Positions 13,301 through 26,500 of a stretch of 64,000 nucleotides of DNA are shown piece after piece. The translations under genes and the position numbers were made by a program. How positions within the stretch are numbered: position 1 is the stretch's first letter; every line of letters starts with the position of its first letter. The notes below the pieces were generated by a model, which worked only from the letters and a program-made list of their open reading frames with translations, searched no databases and was not told the origin of the DNA. This DNA comes from Caecitellus pseudoparvulus. Taxonomy: Eukaryota > Protista > Bigyra: Bicosoecida. The stretch is from positions 62,001 through 126,000 of the forward strand of contig CBFFRQ010000096.1 of assembly GCA_965644315.1 (NCBI GenBank), read 5' to 3'.

Positions 13301-16300
13301 TCGCATGATCTCGGGCAGCAGACCGTCCTTCCAGTCACGTGTGGCCAGCACTACGTGCCCGTACAGCTCAGCAGGCGACACTGCTTTGGGGTTTAGGTCC
13401 CGCGTGAGTGTCTTGCGGCCAATGGTGCTGCGGGCCGCCTGCAACGTCTTCCACGTCTCGGTCTTGCCGCAGCCGGGTGGCCCCAGGAGGAACACGGAGT
13501 GTCGAATCTCCAGCAGCTCGTCCAGCTGCACACACTTGAGGCAGAAGTCGTCAGAGGCGGCGAGGCCTCGCTTCTCGGCAGCGGCGACCACAGCGCTCTC
13601 CAGTTCTTGGCTGCGCTTGCGGGGGGGATCGATGGCAGGGAAGAGGTCTGACAGCAAGCCGAAGAAGACGACTCGGTCTGCCTGCACGATCTTGGGGGTG
13701 TTGAAGTCGCGCAGGGCACGCATGAGCAGCTCCTGCTCATCCAGCTCAGGCTCTGCACGCTTGAACGCTCCAGCGACAACCAACACAGACTTCACGGCAC
13801 GAAGGCCCCAGTCATAGTGGCTTTGCTTGGACAGCAGCTCCTGCAGCAGCGAGTACAGGCCGTAGAATTTGCGTGCCAGCAGCTTGCTGGCTTCGAAGCC
13901 CTCAGCCATGAGGAAGTTCTCAGTGATGAGCACCAGGTCTGGCACCATGACAGTGATGGGGCGGAAGAGCGCCTTGAGGCCTTCAGGCAGCTCTGCTCGC
14001 CCCAAGTAGCCAGGGTTCATGGTGATGAACACGCCTGCAGTGCCCGCCTGGCGATCGATCTTGACTTCAGAGCCCTCGATGGACACTGTGGCCTTGTCCT
14101 CCCTCACGGCGTCGCACAGCGCCTTGAACTGCACGGAGCACACCGACAACACCTCAGGCAGCAGGCGATTGAACTCATCGAAGCAACCCCAAGAGCCGGA
14201 AGCAGCGAGGCCCAGGAAAATGTTGCCCAAGGAGCGGAAGTCCATCTCCGGAGAGCAGTTAAACACGTAGCACGCTTTGCCCATCGCTGACGCCAAGTCC
14301 TTGGTTGTCTCCGTCTTCCCCGTTCCGGCGGGGCCAGCGGGGGCGCAGCCCATCTTCAAGTACAGAGCCTGCGTCGCCGTCACGTAGATGCGGTCAGTCA
14401 GAGGTGTAATGACGAGACGAGCGGCATTACCCAGGTACTCGTAGCCGTAGTTGAAGGTGGTGTTCAAGGTCTTGATGTGGGAGTCTCCCCCGTTCACGTC
14501 CACGAATGTGTGCTTGAGCTGCGACTGCCACTGGAAGGCGTTGGCATCCTTGACTCCCTGGTCCACGAGCTGCTGGACGATGTCGCGCTGGTGAGAGTCT
14601 TGGGTGATCATGACCATGACACGCCGACGCTGCTCCTTCGTCAAGGACGTGCGCGTGATGCGGATGAGGTCAGCGAGGTCCTTGCTCTGCTGCTCGTTGT
14701 ACTTGGCCAAGGCATCAGGGCTACCGGTGCTGACAGCGCCGAGAGCCGCTTGCGTGGCCTCATAGTGCCGCATGGCTGCCACGACCACGACGATCTGGGC
14801 TGGGAAAGCAGGGCGCCCATCTGCACCTTCCTTCATGAGCCACGGTGACCGACCTGTGTCGCCTTCGTATGCCTTGTACGCGTCCACAAGGTAGCCTTGC
14901 AGCGACTTCTGCTGGCCTTCCAGCACCGCTGCAAGGTATGCCTCTGCCTTGCCTGTGAGCGGAACGGGAGTGCGGAAGGACACTGTCTCCTTGCCGACAC
15001 CCGCGACGAATTCGGTGGCTGAGGGGCGCCCGCCGCCCTGTCCGTCTGCTAGCACAAGGTCCTTCGTGGCCAGCATGACCTTGGACACGTGGCGCATGAT
15101 GGCGGACGGGTTGTCACCGTTGCTGAGCAAGTGCAGCAGGTCAGCCTCCGACACGAAGAAGAAGCGGGGGAAGATGCGGCGCTTTTCGTCCAGGAAGGAC
15201 ATGAGGGCCTTGCGGCACACCTCGAGGCCAGATTGCTGCTCCTCCAGGGTGCTCTGCACGCCGTCACGGTTGCAGGCGGCAACCACCCACTCGTCCTTCA
15301 CAGCCTGCGCAAACACCTGCCGCACGACAGTGTCGATGGCGCCGAACTGCGTCGCTGCGTCTGGCAGGGCAGTCTTCACTTCTGCGCTGTGCAGAAAGAG
15401 GGGCGCCAGGTACTTCCAAATGCGCCCAACATCACCCAGCAGGCCCACGACGTCTGCGACAGCAGTCAGCTTGGTCTGCCACCCTGTGATCTCCTCCTCA
15501 AAGGAAGCTCGGTAACGGGAGCCCACCATGGCTTGCACGGCCATCTGGTCATTCTCCAGCACCTCCACGTCGTCTTCATGCAGCTTCACAGTGGTCACGC
15601 CGTCACCCAGGTCCTCATTCACCCACTTAACCTTCTCCCAAGTCGCGGTCAGGCGGGCCAGCACTGTCTCCATCTGTGCCTCCTTCACAGCTTGGTCGGT
15701 GATCTCCTCCACTTCCGCCTGGAACTTGTGCAGTTGCAAGTTGAAGAGGTCATCCAAGCGCAGGCTGGGATCCTCAGGGGGTGGGGTGAAGTCCTTGCCT
15801 GTCACGTCGCGCAGCGCATGCCAGTGCCGCAGGCGCATGGACGGGTGGCGCAGGGCAAGGATCAGCGGGCACGACGACACGAACTCCCGCATCATCGTGT
15901 TCAGGCCCTTGAACGCAGAGCACCACTTGATGGAGCTGTGCAGGCCCTGGTTTACCCGGCGCAGCAGGGCCTTGGCCTCTTCCTCAAGCAAGTCAGCGTC
16001 CACTTCGCTCCATAGCGTCGTCTTGCTTTCTGCAATGTAGGCCAGGCATTCCTCTGCGAGATCCCACAGCTCCCGCATGTTCTCCAAGTCGGCATCCACG
16101 CCCTCCATGGCCTCCAAGCTGGCCTTCACGGTCTTGGGGATGTCAAACATGTCTGCAACGTGCTTGCGTTCGTGAGCGTCGGCCCACTCAGCCTCGTGCC
16201 GGGTTGCAGCGGTAGCAAGGGATGCCCGGGCCGGGCCCACGCCGGTCTCCCACTGCCAGTGCGGCAGCTTGTGCGTGCCCTCCGCGTACCGCAGCACGCG

Positions 16301-19300
16301 GGCCTCGTAGGCACCCAGCTCCCCACGGGTGGAGGCACCGTGCACCTTGATAAGGTGCTGGATAGCACCCCTCGTGATGGGCACTTGCCGCTGGACCTCC
16401 TCCCAAGATTCGTCACAGCGCGTGAGAGAGGTCTCCACCGAGCGGCCCAAGATGGGGTCACCGCCGGAGGCCATGCGGCGCTGGCCACCGGGAGGTCCAC
16501 CCTCTGCCTCGCTGTGCATGCGGGCACGGTAGTCCAATGCAGCCTTTACCTTCTGAGAAGTCAACTCCACCCCCTCCTGCTTGTCTGCGACTGCGAGAAG
16601 GTGCTCCTTCACCCTCATCAGGGCGGGCACGCTGTCCTCAGGGACATCTTCTTGCAGGCCGCTCAGAGACGTCTTGATGAACGTGGACATGCCTCGGAGG
16701 TCTGACTTGATGCTGGCAGCGACCAGCGGCCCCGTGAGGGAGTTCAGCCGAACGGCAGCCTCCTCCTGGGTCAGCCCGTCCAAGCCGCGCGGCGGCTGCC
16801 CCATGGCTTCCTCCATGGTCGTGTGCACCCGCTCGATGGCTTCCTCCTTCGGGTAGAAATGGGCGATGTAGGGAGACCCGCGCACTGGCCCCTCGTTGCC
16901 GCCGAAAGTGCCGTTAAAAGTGATGGCCACGCGGTACTTGCCAGCCTTGACGGGCGTGTACTGGATGAGGTACGTGCCGTCCCCGTTGTCGAGGGTGGTG
17001 GAAGTGACGTCTTCCCACAAGTCTTCGTCGTCCTCGTCGATCTCGATGGGGCCATCGTCCGTGCCCAGTGTGGATGTACGCACGGTCAGCTCATGTGCAT
17101 CCTTGCTTTCCTGCGCAGCACCTGCTGGGGGAGCAGGCGGCAGCAGCTCAACTTGAAGGGTCACCGAGCCGGCCGGCTTTGCGTCCTTGTCCAGCAGGTC
17201 CACGATCATGGTTTGGGAGATGCCCCCACCAGCTGCCAGGCGGTGCACCAAGTCGGCCACAGTGGCACCGCCGAGGAAATCATCCTCCCGGCCAAGCCAC
17301 TGGTCGCTGTCGTCATCCATGACCACCACTCGCATCAGTGCAGCGGCTGGGTTGATGCCATCAAGAGGGATGCGCAGGACCTGGTCAAACTTGGGATCCA
17401 GTGCGTCTTGCACGGTGGCAGACCGATCCACTGCCTTGGGGTGCAATTCCTTGTCCCCCACACGCACGACGACGTAGGGGTCAGCTGACTTGCTCTCGAT
17501 GCCAGCTGTGCTGTCTGGGGTCAAGTTCTTGCCACTGATGAGCTTTACCGCCAACTCGCCCTCCAGCGGTGCAAGGGGGTTGAAAGTGCCATCCCCTGAG
17601 CCTGCTACTGGAGCCTCCACAGTGGGGATGAAGCAGGCAGAGAGCTCTAGCTGCCCCGCCTCTGCACCCCCTCCAGCAGCAAGGGGCACCCATCGGTGCT
17701 GGAAGCAACCACCAGCCTTCATGATGTCCTCCAGCAAGTCAATGGTGGCTGTGCCCATGAAATCATCACGGTCAGGCCCGTCGTCCTTGTCTGCCACGAT
17801 CAAGCGCAGCACAGCGTCATCCACTGGGTGATCCTTCAGCACATATGTGAGCACGTCATCGTACTCGGGGTCAGCAGTGTCGTCAACTTTGTGAGTGTAC
17901 TGCAGGAGAGCGCCAGAAGGTCGCTTGCCTACCCCCACAGCAACGTACGGGTCTGCTTCGCCGTCTTCTCCCGCCGCCGCCGCCGCTGACAGCTGCAGCC
18001 CCTTGCCACGGTGAACGTGCACAGTCAGCGTGCCGTTCAAGGGCGCGTCTGCATCTAGCGGCATGTGAACAGCAGGGCGCGGCACCCAGGAGGGTTCGGG
18101 GCGGGGGGCCTCCTTGCTCTCCTCCGCCGCTTGGCCTGCTGCCGCCATGCCGCCGCCCCGGATCTCATCAGCAAACTGCCCCGGGAAGGCGTTGGTGGGG
18201 ATCCACTTGACACTGACAGTGAAGTTGTCCTCCCCCGTCGAGCGAGGCTTGTTCTCAGAGTCACGCGCCTGCACCACGACGTAGGCGGGCGTCTCGGCAG
18301 CCCCACCGTCCAAGACACCCGACCCGAACGCCAAGGAATGGCTGGCGTCTGTAACGGAGTGGAAAGTGTACTCCTGGAACGTGTTTGTGAGCTCCATGGC
18401 ACCCTGTCTGACCCGAAGCTGGGTCTTGCCGGGGCCCAGCCGCTCAAAGGCAGGCGTGTCCACAACGATGCGGGTCGGCGACACGTACCGGGCAGTGGCC
18501 TCTTCAAACGCCGAGCCCTTGCCACGCTGGAATCGCACTGTGATATCGGTGTCTTCCAGGAATCCCTCACCGTGGATGGCCAGGGACTGCCCCCCTGTGA
18601 CGGGTCCAGACCCAGGCTCGATGTCCAGCACAGCGTAAGGGGGGCCCACGAGCGCACTGAGGTCCAAGGAGTACAGACCATCCAGCCAGCGGTTAGACCA
18701 GCCGCCAAACACTAGCATGCGGGAGTGGCGAGCATCGTAGGCCGCCAGGGTGTCCGAGCGCGGCGTGGGTGCCGCCTCGCCGAGCACGTTCACCGAGGGT
18801 TGCCAAGATGCGTTGCCTGCCACATCGCGCACACCGCCATCTCCAGCTGAGACAGCAGGGGTTGACGCACCACCATCCCCTGTGGCTGCCCCTGCCTCTC
18901 CGCCTTCGCTGTCTTGGTTGGGGTTGCGCGTGACGACCAGCTCTGAGCTGGGCCCCAAGTTGTCGAAGACGTCCACCCGGGAAGTGAAAGAGCCTTGCAC
19001 ACGAGCACGCTCGCCAGTGTCGCCAAGAGATCCACCGAAGACGATCATCTTCACTGTGGGAATGGCTTCCACGGCCAGTGCCGAGTGGCCCCAGCGCGGC
19101 GCGCCGTGTGCTGGGTCAATGCAGGACCAAATGAGGGTGTTGGTGTCAAACACCCACGTATCACTGAACTGCTGCTTGGCGTTCCACCCACCGTGCACAA
19201 TGATGCAGTTCTTCACTACCACAGCAGAGTGAGAGGAGCGGGGGTGAGGCGCCGGTGTGCGCTCCTTGATGGGGATGTGGCTCCACTTGATGTCCCGAGA

Positions 19301-20221
19301 AGATGCGGAGAAGACATGCATGTCGTTGAAGTCACGGCGGGCAAAGCCGTCCCCACCATAACCTCCGAACACCCAAACTTTGCCGGCGACGAGGGAGGCT
19401 GAATGCCCTCCTCGGGGCGCAGGCGGTTCACCCAGCTTGGCTGCCTCACGGGTCAGGGTATGGTTGCCCTGCTCGTCGAAGGTGTAGGCGGGGGGGATAG
19501 GCTGGTGCCATGTCTGCTTCTTTGTGTTGAGCACCCACACATCAGAGTACCGTGTGGATGACGACGCGAAGCCGCCGAAAATGAGCAGGCGGCTCTCGCC
19601 TACCACGGTGGCAGTGTGCTTGTACCGGGGAGGGGGGACATTGCCGCCAGTTGGGGCAACCTTCACCCAACGCCAAGGGGCCGTGGAACCTGCCGCTGGA
19701 AGTTTTACACGGTACAAGTCGCTGTTAGGGCCTGGTCGGCGTTCCCCACGTGCGCCGCCTGGTACGTCCTTCAGCGTCGGGTCCAGACCGCCAAACATGA
19801 AGGCGTCTTCGCCAACGACTGTCAGCGTGTGGCCGCTGCGCTTGCCAGGCACATCGCCTGCAACGTTTTCCACCTTGGACCACTCAAGTGCAGCATCGGT
19901 GTCTTGCTGTGAAGTTGGAGGCAGGGAGGGGGGTTCGTTGACGACGTGGCGCAGTCGAGTTGGTATCGGAAAACGGCGGCAAGTGCGCGGGGCTCTCTGC
20001 CGCCTGCACACGCGCACCCAGCCCAGGGACAGCGCCCACGACACACGTCTGACAATGAAACGTCACCAGGCTGGCGGGATTGCCCCGCCTTTACCGTGCA
20101 CCGCCCGCCGACAACTTGCACGATCAGGCCCAACGGCATCGCATGCGACCAAACTCACCAGCAGGCCGAAGGGTGACACGAACTCCTCCACTCCATCGTC
20201 TGACTTCTCCTCAAGTGACAT
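4334..20221 (-). CDS. ODA11: Axonemal outer-arm dynein heavy chain, alpha (kelch-tail) type, with extra C2 domains
   Basis: N-terminal kelch repeats (RSGHT, RYKHTA, RGGHSA, RSSHSA, RWGHSA), then IPT/TIG and filamin-like domains. P-loops GPAGTGKT, GPPGCGKT, GAAGCGKT and GVGGSGKQ, stalk/MTBD, and C-terminus WVLAGVALIMQ. Probable exon 1 is 20159-20221 (MSLEEKSDD...), intron 19907-20158, then one 15.6-kb exon. Confidence 0.93.
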
Positions 20222-20851
20222 CCTGTTGAGAATGTGGTTCCGCCGCGGAGGCCACTGGGTGGTCTCGCAGGGCTCAACACAACTCAAGCAGCAAGTCAGC
20301 TACGAGGCGCCTCGTCGATGATGGGCAGGCGTCCTTCAACACTTGAATGCCTGTGCTTACGTGGCTACACAGGCAACAGGTGCCTTTCGTGTGCGCAAAA
20401 GGGGGATCCCCTTTTCATCCCCTTCGTGCTGAGTGAGAGGGATCTTGTCACGTTTTGTATTGACTGGACTGCGCTGTCGCACCGGTCACCTCGCCCATGT
20501 ATCCGGCTGCGAACAGCTGCTGGGTCCGGGACAAATCAACGACACACCTGGGAAGGGCAGTTGCGTCACGTCATACATGCTGAGGAAGTCCCGCTCTTTC
20601 ATACTTGTTGCCAAGTCTTCCTCGCAGCCGGTGCCTTCTGCAGCTGCTTGTGCTGCTCGTCCCGCTGTGGGGGCACCGGCGACACCTGTCCATCCCCACA
20701 ACACAGCGCGGGCATGTGCAGGGGGGTAAATGGGATGTACGGCGTCGACACCAGGTGTTGTTGAACCAGGGCTGGATGGCAAAGGTACGGCGTCGCACTG
20801 CTCGCGGAAATTGCTGCTTCAGCAACACACCCGGCAAGCCCCGTACTCGCA

Positions 20852-22723
20852 GTGGTGTGCTATGCGGGCGACGAGTCTGGGGATGCAAGACGTCTGCTGA
20901 AGGCCATGAGGGAAGAAGGCGCAACTGCAGCCGCTCTCAGGCGGCGTTTCAGGAGGCACGGGGAGCAGAAAGGCTTCATTCCCCATGGCGTGAGGTGGGC
21001 GGCTTGGCCGCTGCTCCTGGGCGTGGACGGCATGCTGGCGTCGGCGTCTGGGCTGTATGACGCGCTGCTGCGCCTGGGCCGCAGCCCCTCAGACACAGAC
21101 ATTCGCAAGGACATCGGCCGCACCATGCCGCGGCTTCCGCTGCTGCGGAGCTCGCTGCACCAGCGCTGGAAGGGACCCGGCCTCCCGCAATTGTATCGCA
21201 TCCTCACAGCCTTCGCGCACTTGGACGTGGAAGTAGGTTACACGCAAGGCATGTCCTTTGTCGCAGCTATGGCCCTGATCGTGGGCATGCCTGAGGAAGT
21301 CGCTTTCTTCTGGCTGGTGGGCATGATGTACCGTGCGCACTTGGCTATCCTGTTCAAGCCTCCACTGAGCACCGCTTGCGTGGCGGCAGAGGCAGTGCAC
21401 GCCTTGCTCAAACGCAAGGCGCCCAGAGTGGCTCAGCGCATGGCAGCAGTGGGCATGTCTGCGGGGGCGCTGTACAGCGTGTCGTGGCTGCTGTCATGCT
21501 TCGCATCGTCCCCGCTGCCCACATCGACCCTCCTCGTCGTCTTTGACCACCTGCACTGCCAGGTGCCAGAAGCAGAGGCAACTGCAACCCTCCCTGAGCA
21601 CGTGGGGCAGACGCACAGCGCTGCCAAGGCGCGGCTGCGGGGCGAGGAGCCCGCTCCACGTCGGCTTCCCAGCAGCCAGCCGGTCCGGCTGTCGACACCT
21701 GCCGACTTCGCCGCCGCCTATGGCAGGCGCTTGCAGCGCCTGCCGCCTGTGCTGCTGCAAAGCACTCTGGCGCTCGTGCTGGCGCAGGAGGAGAAGTTAC
21801 TGCGCTGCTCCTCCTTTGACACAGTGGCAGCCACGCTCACCTGTCGGCACGTGCAGGACCTGCGCAGCCAGTGGGGGCGTGAGCGCGTCCTGGCCGAGCT
21901 GGATGCCGTGGAGGCTGGCCAGCAAGAGGGCCCCGCGCCTGCGCCAGGGACTGAGCACGAGTCACTTTGCCCCAAGTTCTCCCTGCAGCCGGTGCATGCG
22001 GCGTCCCCGGCGTCGCCCACCCTGCAGGAGAGCTTGGCGGGGGAGGCAGGTGAGGGGGTGCACGCCCCTTGGCTTGTGCATTGGGGTGGGCCGCCTGCGA
22101 CCCAGGACGCACAAGTGGATGCCCTGACCCACCCCGTGCACGCACTTGGCCCGCCACGCCGCTGGAGCCCTGTACAAGCAGGCGAAGGGCAGCCCTTGGT
22201 GGAGCCAGCCTGCGTGACAGCGGCCCGCGAAGCTTCCGCCGGGCCAGCTGGGGCGGGCGCTGCCTTGCAGCGGGGCGGCTCCACCCACCCTGCTGCAGTG
22301 GTCCTGCGGTCTGGAGGCATGCAGTTGGATGAGCCAGCCCCCGATGTGAGCGTCATGGTGGATGGGCTGCCGTGCTTGCCTTGGATGCTCCCGCGGCCGT
22401 TCGCAGCCACGCTCCGCAGTGCTGCCTGCCGCTTCTCCGCATCGCAACTGCGACAGGCAGTTGTAGAGGCAGTGGCGGGCATGCTGCCAGACTTGGAGAG
22501 TGCGGAGGCGTCCGGCCTGCCGAGCCATGCCCCCTTGTCGGAAGAGTGGCCGACGAGGCTGACGCCCAGTCTGTCCAGGACCGCAAGCAGCCAGGGCGCA
22601 GCCGAGACAGGTGAGCCGTCGACGCTTGTGCACGTGCAGCCTGCCACAGAGGACGACGGGGCACCTCGAAAGGACAGCGGGGAACGCCCGCCTCCAGTTC
22701 CTGGCGGCCAGGACTCGGCCTGA
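20852..22723 (+). CDS. TBC-domain Rab GTPase-activating protein (start uncertain)
   Basis: Arg-finger motif IRKDIGRT and Gln-finger motif GYTQGMSF, plus SWLLSCFAS..LP..LLVVFD. The C-terminal half is low complexity. Confidence 0.85.
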   Translation: MVCYAGDESGDARRLLKAMREEGATAAALRRRFRRHGEQKGFIPHGVRWAAWPLLLGVDGMLASASGLYDALLRLGRSPSDTDIRKDIGRTMPRLPLLRSSLHQRWKGPGLPQLYRILTAFAHLDVEVGYTQGMSFVAAMALIVGMPEEVAFFWLVGMMYRAHLAILFKPPLSTACVAAEAVHALLKRKAPRVAQRMAAVGMSAGALYSVSWLLSCFASSPLPTSTLLVVFDHLHCQVPEAEATATLPEHVGQTHSAAKARLRGEEPAPRRLPSSQPVRLSTPADFAAAYGRRLQRLPPVLLQSTLALVLAQEEKLLRCSSFDTVAATLTCRHVQDLRSQWGRERVLAELDAVEAGQQEGPAPAPGTEHESLCPKFSLQPVHAASPASPTLQESLAGEAGEGVHAPWLVHWGGPPATQDAQVDALTHPVHALGPPRRWSPVQAGEGQPLVEPACVTAAREASAGPAGAGAALQRGGSTHPAAVVLRSGGMQLDEPAPDVSVMVDGLPCLPWMLPRPFAATLRSAACRFSASQLRQAVVEAVAGMLPDLESAEASGLPSHAPLSEEWPTRLTPSLSRTASSQGAAETGEPSTLVHVQPATEDDGAPRKDSGERPPPVPGGQDSA

Positions 22724-22752
22724 ACAACGAATGCATTGCTGCGTCCACACCA

Positions 22753-23177
22753 TCATCTGTCCACCATGACGAAAGGCACCTGAGTGTGAGCTTGCCGGTC
22801 CCTCTCAGCATACTCCCCCATGAGCACTGCCTTCTCCATGATAGTGTCAATCTCCTTCACAGTCTTCCCTTCCACGTTGAAGTTCTGCTGCTCTGTCGCA
22901 CCTGCACACGGGCAGAGAGGCGGCAGCGTTTCATCGGCGTGCACCGAATCCCGCTGGCTTGCAGGGACGCACCATAGTGGACATTGATCACAGCAGGGGT
23001 TCCCTTGACCCCTCGGATGCACAGTGGCATGGTCGGGTTCAGCTCCTTCAGCGCACCGAAAGCCTTGTTGTACCACTTGGTCACGCCATGACTGGCTTGG
23101 CCGGGGCTGACTGCCGTGGGGTCGGCAAACACCCACACGCGGCTGATGTTGCGCCCCGCAAATGCGCGCCAGCTCAT
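22753..23177 (-). CDS. NDUFA2: Complex I subunit NDUFA2/B8 (L51/S25/CI-B8 family), 2 exons
   Basis: MSWRAFAGRNISRV...LKELNPTMPLCIRG...HYG|ATEQQNFNVEGKTVKEID resembles B8. Predicted intron 22902-22972 (GTGCGT...GTGCAG) restores the frame. Confidence 0.75.
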
Positions 23178-23575
23178 GATGATAAGGCTATGTTCACTGC
23201 AACTACACTGAACATCTTGTGAGCGCATTCTCATTGAGCACGGCGCGTTGGTTTTGTCGCCTTCTTGCACTGTGAGTGTGGCTCCACGGCCGCCCGCTCT
23301 CGCCAAGGGCCGCCAGGCTTGGCCAGCCTCGGGTCAAGGCCTATCAGCCAACGTGAGGGCGACCTCCCCCCTTGCCATGTCACCTCGAGAAGCGCCTGCA
23401 GATGAGGCACTGCCTCTGCATGAGTGACACCCTCAGCTGTCACTTCATGCCACATTCTGTGCCGCGGTGCGTTCAGCAGTCCAAGACGTGCACGAGCAGA
23501 AGGGCAACTATCAAACGTCTTTTCACGCGAACAGCTGCTGCCAGCCGGGACGCTGTAAGGGAAGGGTGCGGTGGA

Positions 23576-26500
23576 ATGCTGGCCTTCCGAGTGCTTCGCA
23601 GCTCCCTACACCAGACTGCGCGACATGGCGACTCTACGTTAATCAAGCACATGTGGCCAATGGCAGTCGCTGGAACGCAGGTTCATCAACTCTGTCGCCG
23701 CCAATGGCAGTCTGACGTTCCGTCTGATGGGTCTCTGCACCACCTGCGCCAAGCACAGAGTGCTGCGGATTTTGATGCTTGCCTCAGCAGCATTCAGACT
23801 GCCCTCGCTTGCGCAAAAGAAGGGGAGGGGCCAGGCACACGGGCTACAGGAAACGACCTGCACGTTCATTGCATAAATCACCTGCACTTGGCCCGCGGCT
23901 GGGTGATGGCCGCTCTGACGATGCTCGGCAAGCTGAGCAGCCGGCCAGGGGCTGGCCCCAAAGCTGCCGCACGGGGCAGGCAGCAGGCCGAGGCAGCTTG
24001 TCTGGATGCTGCCGAGCGAGCCTGCAGCGAGGCAAAGGCCGCCTTGACTGTCGCACGACGGAGCACGAGGGCTTGGACTCCCCGCAACGCTGCGCAAGCC
24101 GCGGAGGCGCTGCACTTGCCCTCCTTTGACCGGCTGCTGGCAGCTCTGCGGTGGTGGGGCCTGCGACGACCACCACAAGGCTCGGCGCCCTCAAAAGTGC
24201 TGGAAGCAGCGAGCACTTCGGTGGCTGCTGCTCGTGCTCACGGCAAGCAACTGGTGTCTGCTGCTGCGTGGAGTACACTGACTCCCCCTAACCCCGACCT
24301 TGCGCTGCACAGCATGCCTCTGTCGCGGGCCACAGAACTGCTAGCAGCGCTGAGCAAGGCTGGCGTGCCAGGAGACGCCGTCCCTTCATCTTTGTTGCAG
24401 AGCGTGTGCGCGGCGTTGGGGGACTTGGCTGCTGAGTACGCGCCCGTGCCGCCCAGCTCGGCAGACGATGGCCGGAGCTCGTTGCAGGCTGCCTCACTGC
24501 ACATCACGCGCCTTTCCTTGACGCTGCCATCAGAAGCTGTGCCCCGCAGTCAGGTGCTTACTTGGATGGCTTCTACATGTGGAGCCATCGCTCAGCTTGA
24601 CCGTGGGCACCACTCGGCGACGCAGCATGGCGACTCTGTGGAGGTCCTCGTGGAGCGCCTGCCAGCTTTCTTGCGGAGCTCACTTTCTGAGCGCACAGAG
24701 GCACTTGCGCTCGTCGCTGGGGCTGCACCCAGGGCAGCAGGTAGGCAAGACCGGGGCGCGGCAAATGCCAGCGCCACAGCTGCTGCGGCAGCTGCCGTCT
24801 TGCTGGGCTCGAACCCTGATGCGCCCTTCCTGCCACAAGAAGTGGACGCAGTAATTGCATGCTTTGGACTTGCTGGGCGCCAAGGGACGAACCTTGATGC
24901 ACTGGGGCAGGTCGCCCAAGCTGTCGTGCATCGGCGGCGGGCAGGCTTCCTGCCGCACTGCACCGCTGCACAGCTGGCGGCAGCCTCAGCTGCTCTCGCT
25001 GCAGTATACTCAGATGTTGCCCCACCAGCGCTGAGACATTTGGCTCACATGTGTGTGCACCAGTTGTTCGTGAGGTGCACTGCAGACGCTGGGGAAAGCA
25101 GTGCCCTCTCACCTGTGGAGGCAGCAGAGCTGCTGCATGTGCTGAGGCCAGTGCTGCGCGGGTCTCCACATGCCTTTGGCGTGGACACGTCCTTTGGAGA
25201 GGCTGTGGTGCGCATGGAGGCCAGTGAAGGCTGGGGGTCTGATCGGTTGCATGCAGCGATGAGGGGCCGCGTGGGGCCCACGGGGCAGTACTTTCCACAC
25301 TCCTATCCAGCCGAGCCAGCCCAGAAACAGCTATCGAAAATGCCCCTGGCCTCAGTGGCTCGTGTGGTAGATGCTGTTGTGGGGCGAGTGATCCAGGCCA
25401 TCAAGTCTGACCCTTCTTCAGTGCGTGTGCCGTTAGCACTGCAGACGCTGGCCACCGCCCATGCGTTAGGCGAAGCCCATGCCAGCATGGCAGCCAGCAC
25501 CTGTGGCGCACCTCGAGCATTCGAGCAAGAGGGGGGCTCGCGGGACCTTGGAAATCCTGCGTGGCGTCCATGGGAGGGCGTGCCAGAGCACAGGGCGCCT
25601 GCGTGGTTGCAGGAGGCTGAGCAGCTGTGCGATTCCCTGCAGGCAGCGCGGAAACGCGAAGAACGGGGCAGTTACAGAGGCGACCTTGCTCGAATGCTGA
25701 CTCCCGTGCAATTCTGGTGGAATGGCCTGTTCCCTGCCGGCTTGTTCAACGTCTCGCCTCGCGGCAGCTCCCGAGCGCGGCCAACGCAGGCAAGTGCGGC
25801 TGCCGCGGCCTTTGCGTCCATGCCGGACCGCACCCAAGCAACTGTAGCTCTTTACAGCCTGCTGCTCATGCGGGCCCTGCACCGAGTCTCTCGAGACTAT
25901 CGCCGAGTGGGGAGTCAGTACTTCACTGCTGCAAGCACCCACGAGCTACCACCCACCGTGCTAAGTGAGCTCGCGGCTTCTGTCAACGTCACGGAGCTCG
26001 GCATGCGGCGAGCTGCCTTGGCTGCTTGGGCTCCATCTTCCTTTGGCTACTCTGACGATGCGTTGCTGCGTGCAGCTGCACCTCGTCGTCAGGGAGCAGG
26101 CTTCGTCCCTGATGTCGGCGCAGCTGGCGAGGAGGCGGATGAGCTGCCCGACTTTTCGTCCACATCGGCATCAGACCTCTCTGATGGTTGGCTGCACAGC
26201 TCGTCTGATGACGGCGACACTGTGGAAGACTTGGGGCGCTTTCGACTTGCCGGTGCCCCCCAGAGCATGCTTCGTGCTGCTCGAGTGAACACGCTCGCCG
26301 CCGCTCGGCTCCGCCACTTTGACGAGTGCAGCCTTGCACACCTTTCGTGGGTCATTGCTGATGCCATGTTCTTGCTTCGCAGGCAAGCCAAAGTGAACGC
26401 TCTCCTTGGCGCCGCTGCCTCCTGGGCGTTACTTTCCGGCACAGCGCCCCCTTCGGCCCAGGCCGCCGCTGAAGTGTTGCAAAGCAACCCACACATCGCA

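Noticed and set aside
19907-20044. N-terminus MSWALSLGW... of the 5236-aa ORF
   Set aside because: Probably intronic. A GTGAGT donor at 20158 and a CAG acceptor at 19907 give a better ATG-initiated model.
4130-20321. Many plus-strand ORFs over the dynein, and similar ORFs such as 56845..59046 over CCDC40
   Set aside because: Antisense shadows expected in GC-rich coding DNA, with no motifs.
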